From Nitrospirota bacterium (GTDB lineage: Bacteria; Nitrospirota; Nitrospiria; 2-01-FULL-66-17): a DNA stretch of 64,000 nucleotides. This document shows, piece by piece, positions 62,947 to 64,000 of the stretch (position 1 is its first letter; each line of letters starts with the position of its first letter). The notes beneath the pieces were generated by a model. That model searched no databases, had not been told where the DNA came from, and saw only the letters and a program-made list of their open reading frames with translations. Where the stretch lies: assembly GCA_049325335.1 (NCBI GenBank), contig JBMOMC010000043.1, positions 309,852 to 373,851 of the forward strand, in the 5' to 3' direction. The position numbers were made by a program, and so were the translations under genes.

Positions 62947-63014
62947 GGCGGGCTAGTGTAGGGAGTGGAGCGGAGCCCTGTCAACCCATCCCCGAGCAGC
63001 GGGCCTCGGACATG

Positions 63015-63944
63015 TTAGGCGGCGTGGCGTTGAATGATCGCGGCGAGATAGACGGTATACAGAACCAGCAGTAACACCCCGCGCCGTCGTTCAATAAGCC
63101 CTCCGCGCGTTGGATACGTGAACACTAAGGCCACGAGCCCGAACACCAATGTCACCGCGACCTCACGCCAACCGACGACGATGGGATGGATCGTGGCGGC
63201 GACGGCAACAATCAGCAGGCCATTGAAGATATTACTGCCAAGGATCGTCCCGAGGCCGACCTCGTCGTGTCCGCGCAGCTTGGCGATGACCGTTGTCGCG
63301 AGTTCGGGTACGGACGTGCCCACCGCCACAACGGTCGCCCCGATGATGAATTCCTCGATGCCGAAGGCCGCCGCGATGCCTCGTGCGCCGGTCACGATGA
63401 GATTTCCGGCGGCGATAAGAAAGCCAAGGCCGACCACACCGGAGACCACGGCGACCCACCCACGGCGTTCGCCGAGCACGGCCTCGGCGGCGCTCCGTTG
63501 TTTGCGAGCCTCGATCACGGCCGCCGCCAGCCAGGCGAGAAAGACACCCAACATAATGAACCCGTCGAATCTGGACAGCTCGCCATCGAAAAACAGAACG
63601 GCCGTGATTACCGGAACCAGCAGCGCCACGGGGAAATCCCGGCGGACGCTGTCGCGAGGACACTGGATTCCGGAAATCACGAGTGCCAAGGCCAGGATCA
63701 ACGCGACGTTCACCACATTACTCCCCAGCGCGTCGCCCAAGGCGATCTGGGGGCTCCCGGCCATTGCGGCGTTGACGGAGACCGACAGTTCCGGGCTCGA
63801 CGTGGCGAACGCCGCAACGGTTGCGCCGATGATGCCCGGCGACACGCGCGCCCAACGTGCGAGCCCCACCGCGCCGCGGACAAAGAGTTCTCCCCCGATT
63901 CCTGCGCAAACGACACCGAAGATCAACGCGAGGTAGTCGGTCAT
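63015..63944 (-). CDS. Ca2+/Na+ antiporter (CaCA, YrbG-like)
   Basis: Two alpha repeats: TSSPEL...GSN and GTSVPEL...GSNIFN. Confidence 0.93.
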   Translation of the reverse strand: MTDYLALIFGVVCAGIGGELFVRGAVGLARWARVSPGIIGATVAAFATSSPELSVSVNAAMAGSPQIALGDALGSNVVNVALILALALVISGIQCPRDSVRRDFPVALLVPVITAVLFFDGELSRFDGFIMLGVFLAWLAAAVIEARKQRSAAEAVLGERRGWVAVVSGVVGLGFLIAAGNLIVTGARGIAAAFGIEEFIIGATVVAVGTSVPELATTVIAKLRGHDEVGLGTILGSNIFNGLLIVAVAATIHPIVVGWREVAVTLVFGLVALVFTYPTRGGLIERRRGVLLLVLYTVYLAAIIQRHAA

Positions 63945-64000
63945 GGTCCGAGGGGTCGGCAGTTCAAGAGGGTTAGAAAAAAAGTGGGCGTTTCATATGC

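Overview
GC-rich bacterial chromosome segment. Gene order and families suggest Nitrospirota or a Deltaproteobacteria-like lineage; this is inference, not checked. Housekeeping blocks: (1) argD-argF-argG-argH-(lipoprotein)-(B12 radical SAM)-lysA-dapF-dapA-dapB; (2) an archaeal/eukaryote-type pheST pair converging on tRNA-Val-thrS-infC-rpmI-rplT; (3) HU, RNase P RNA and hemF; (4) uvrA, mutS2 and perR-cytochrome c peroxidase. The accessory core (about 33-54 kb) looks like one coherent, uncharacterised envelope system. Its signalling part is a TonB-dependent receptor, a periplasmic binding protein, a double-kinase hybrid sensor, two NarL/LuxR regulators and a candidate sRNA. Its output part is two tandem ~1,150-aa secreted pentaheme cytochromes sharing a conserved promoter motif, followed by propeller/DUF3105, TPR, two Cys-less FGE-domain and Reg_prop proteins. 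Five copies of a ~120-nt covarying hairpin element each sit in sense orientation right at the 3' end of a gene. No CRISPR array, rRNA, integrase or transposase was seen. All family calls are from motif recognition by eye, without database searches.
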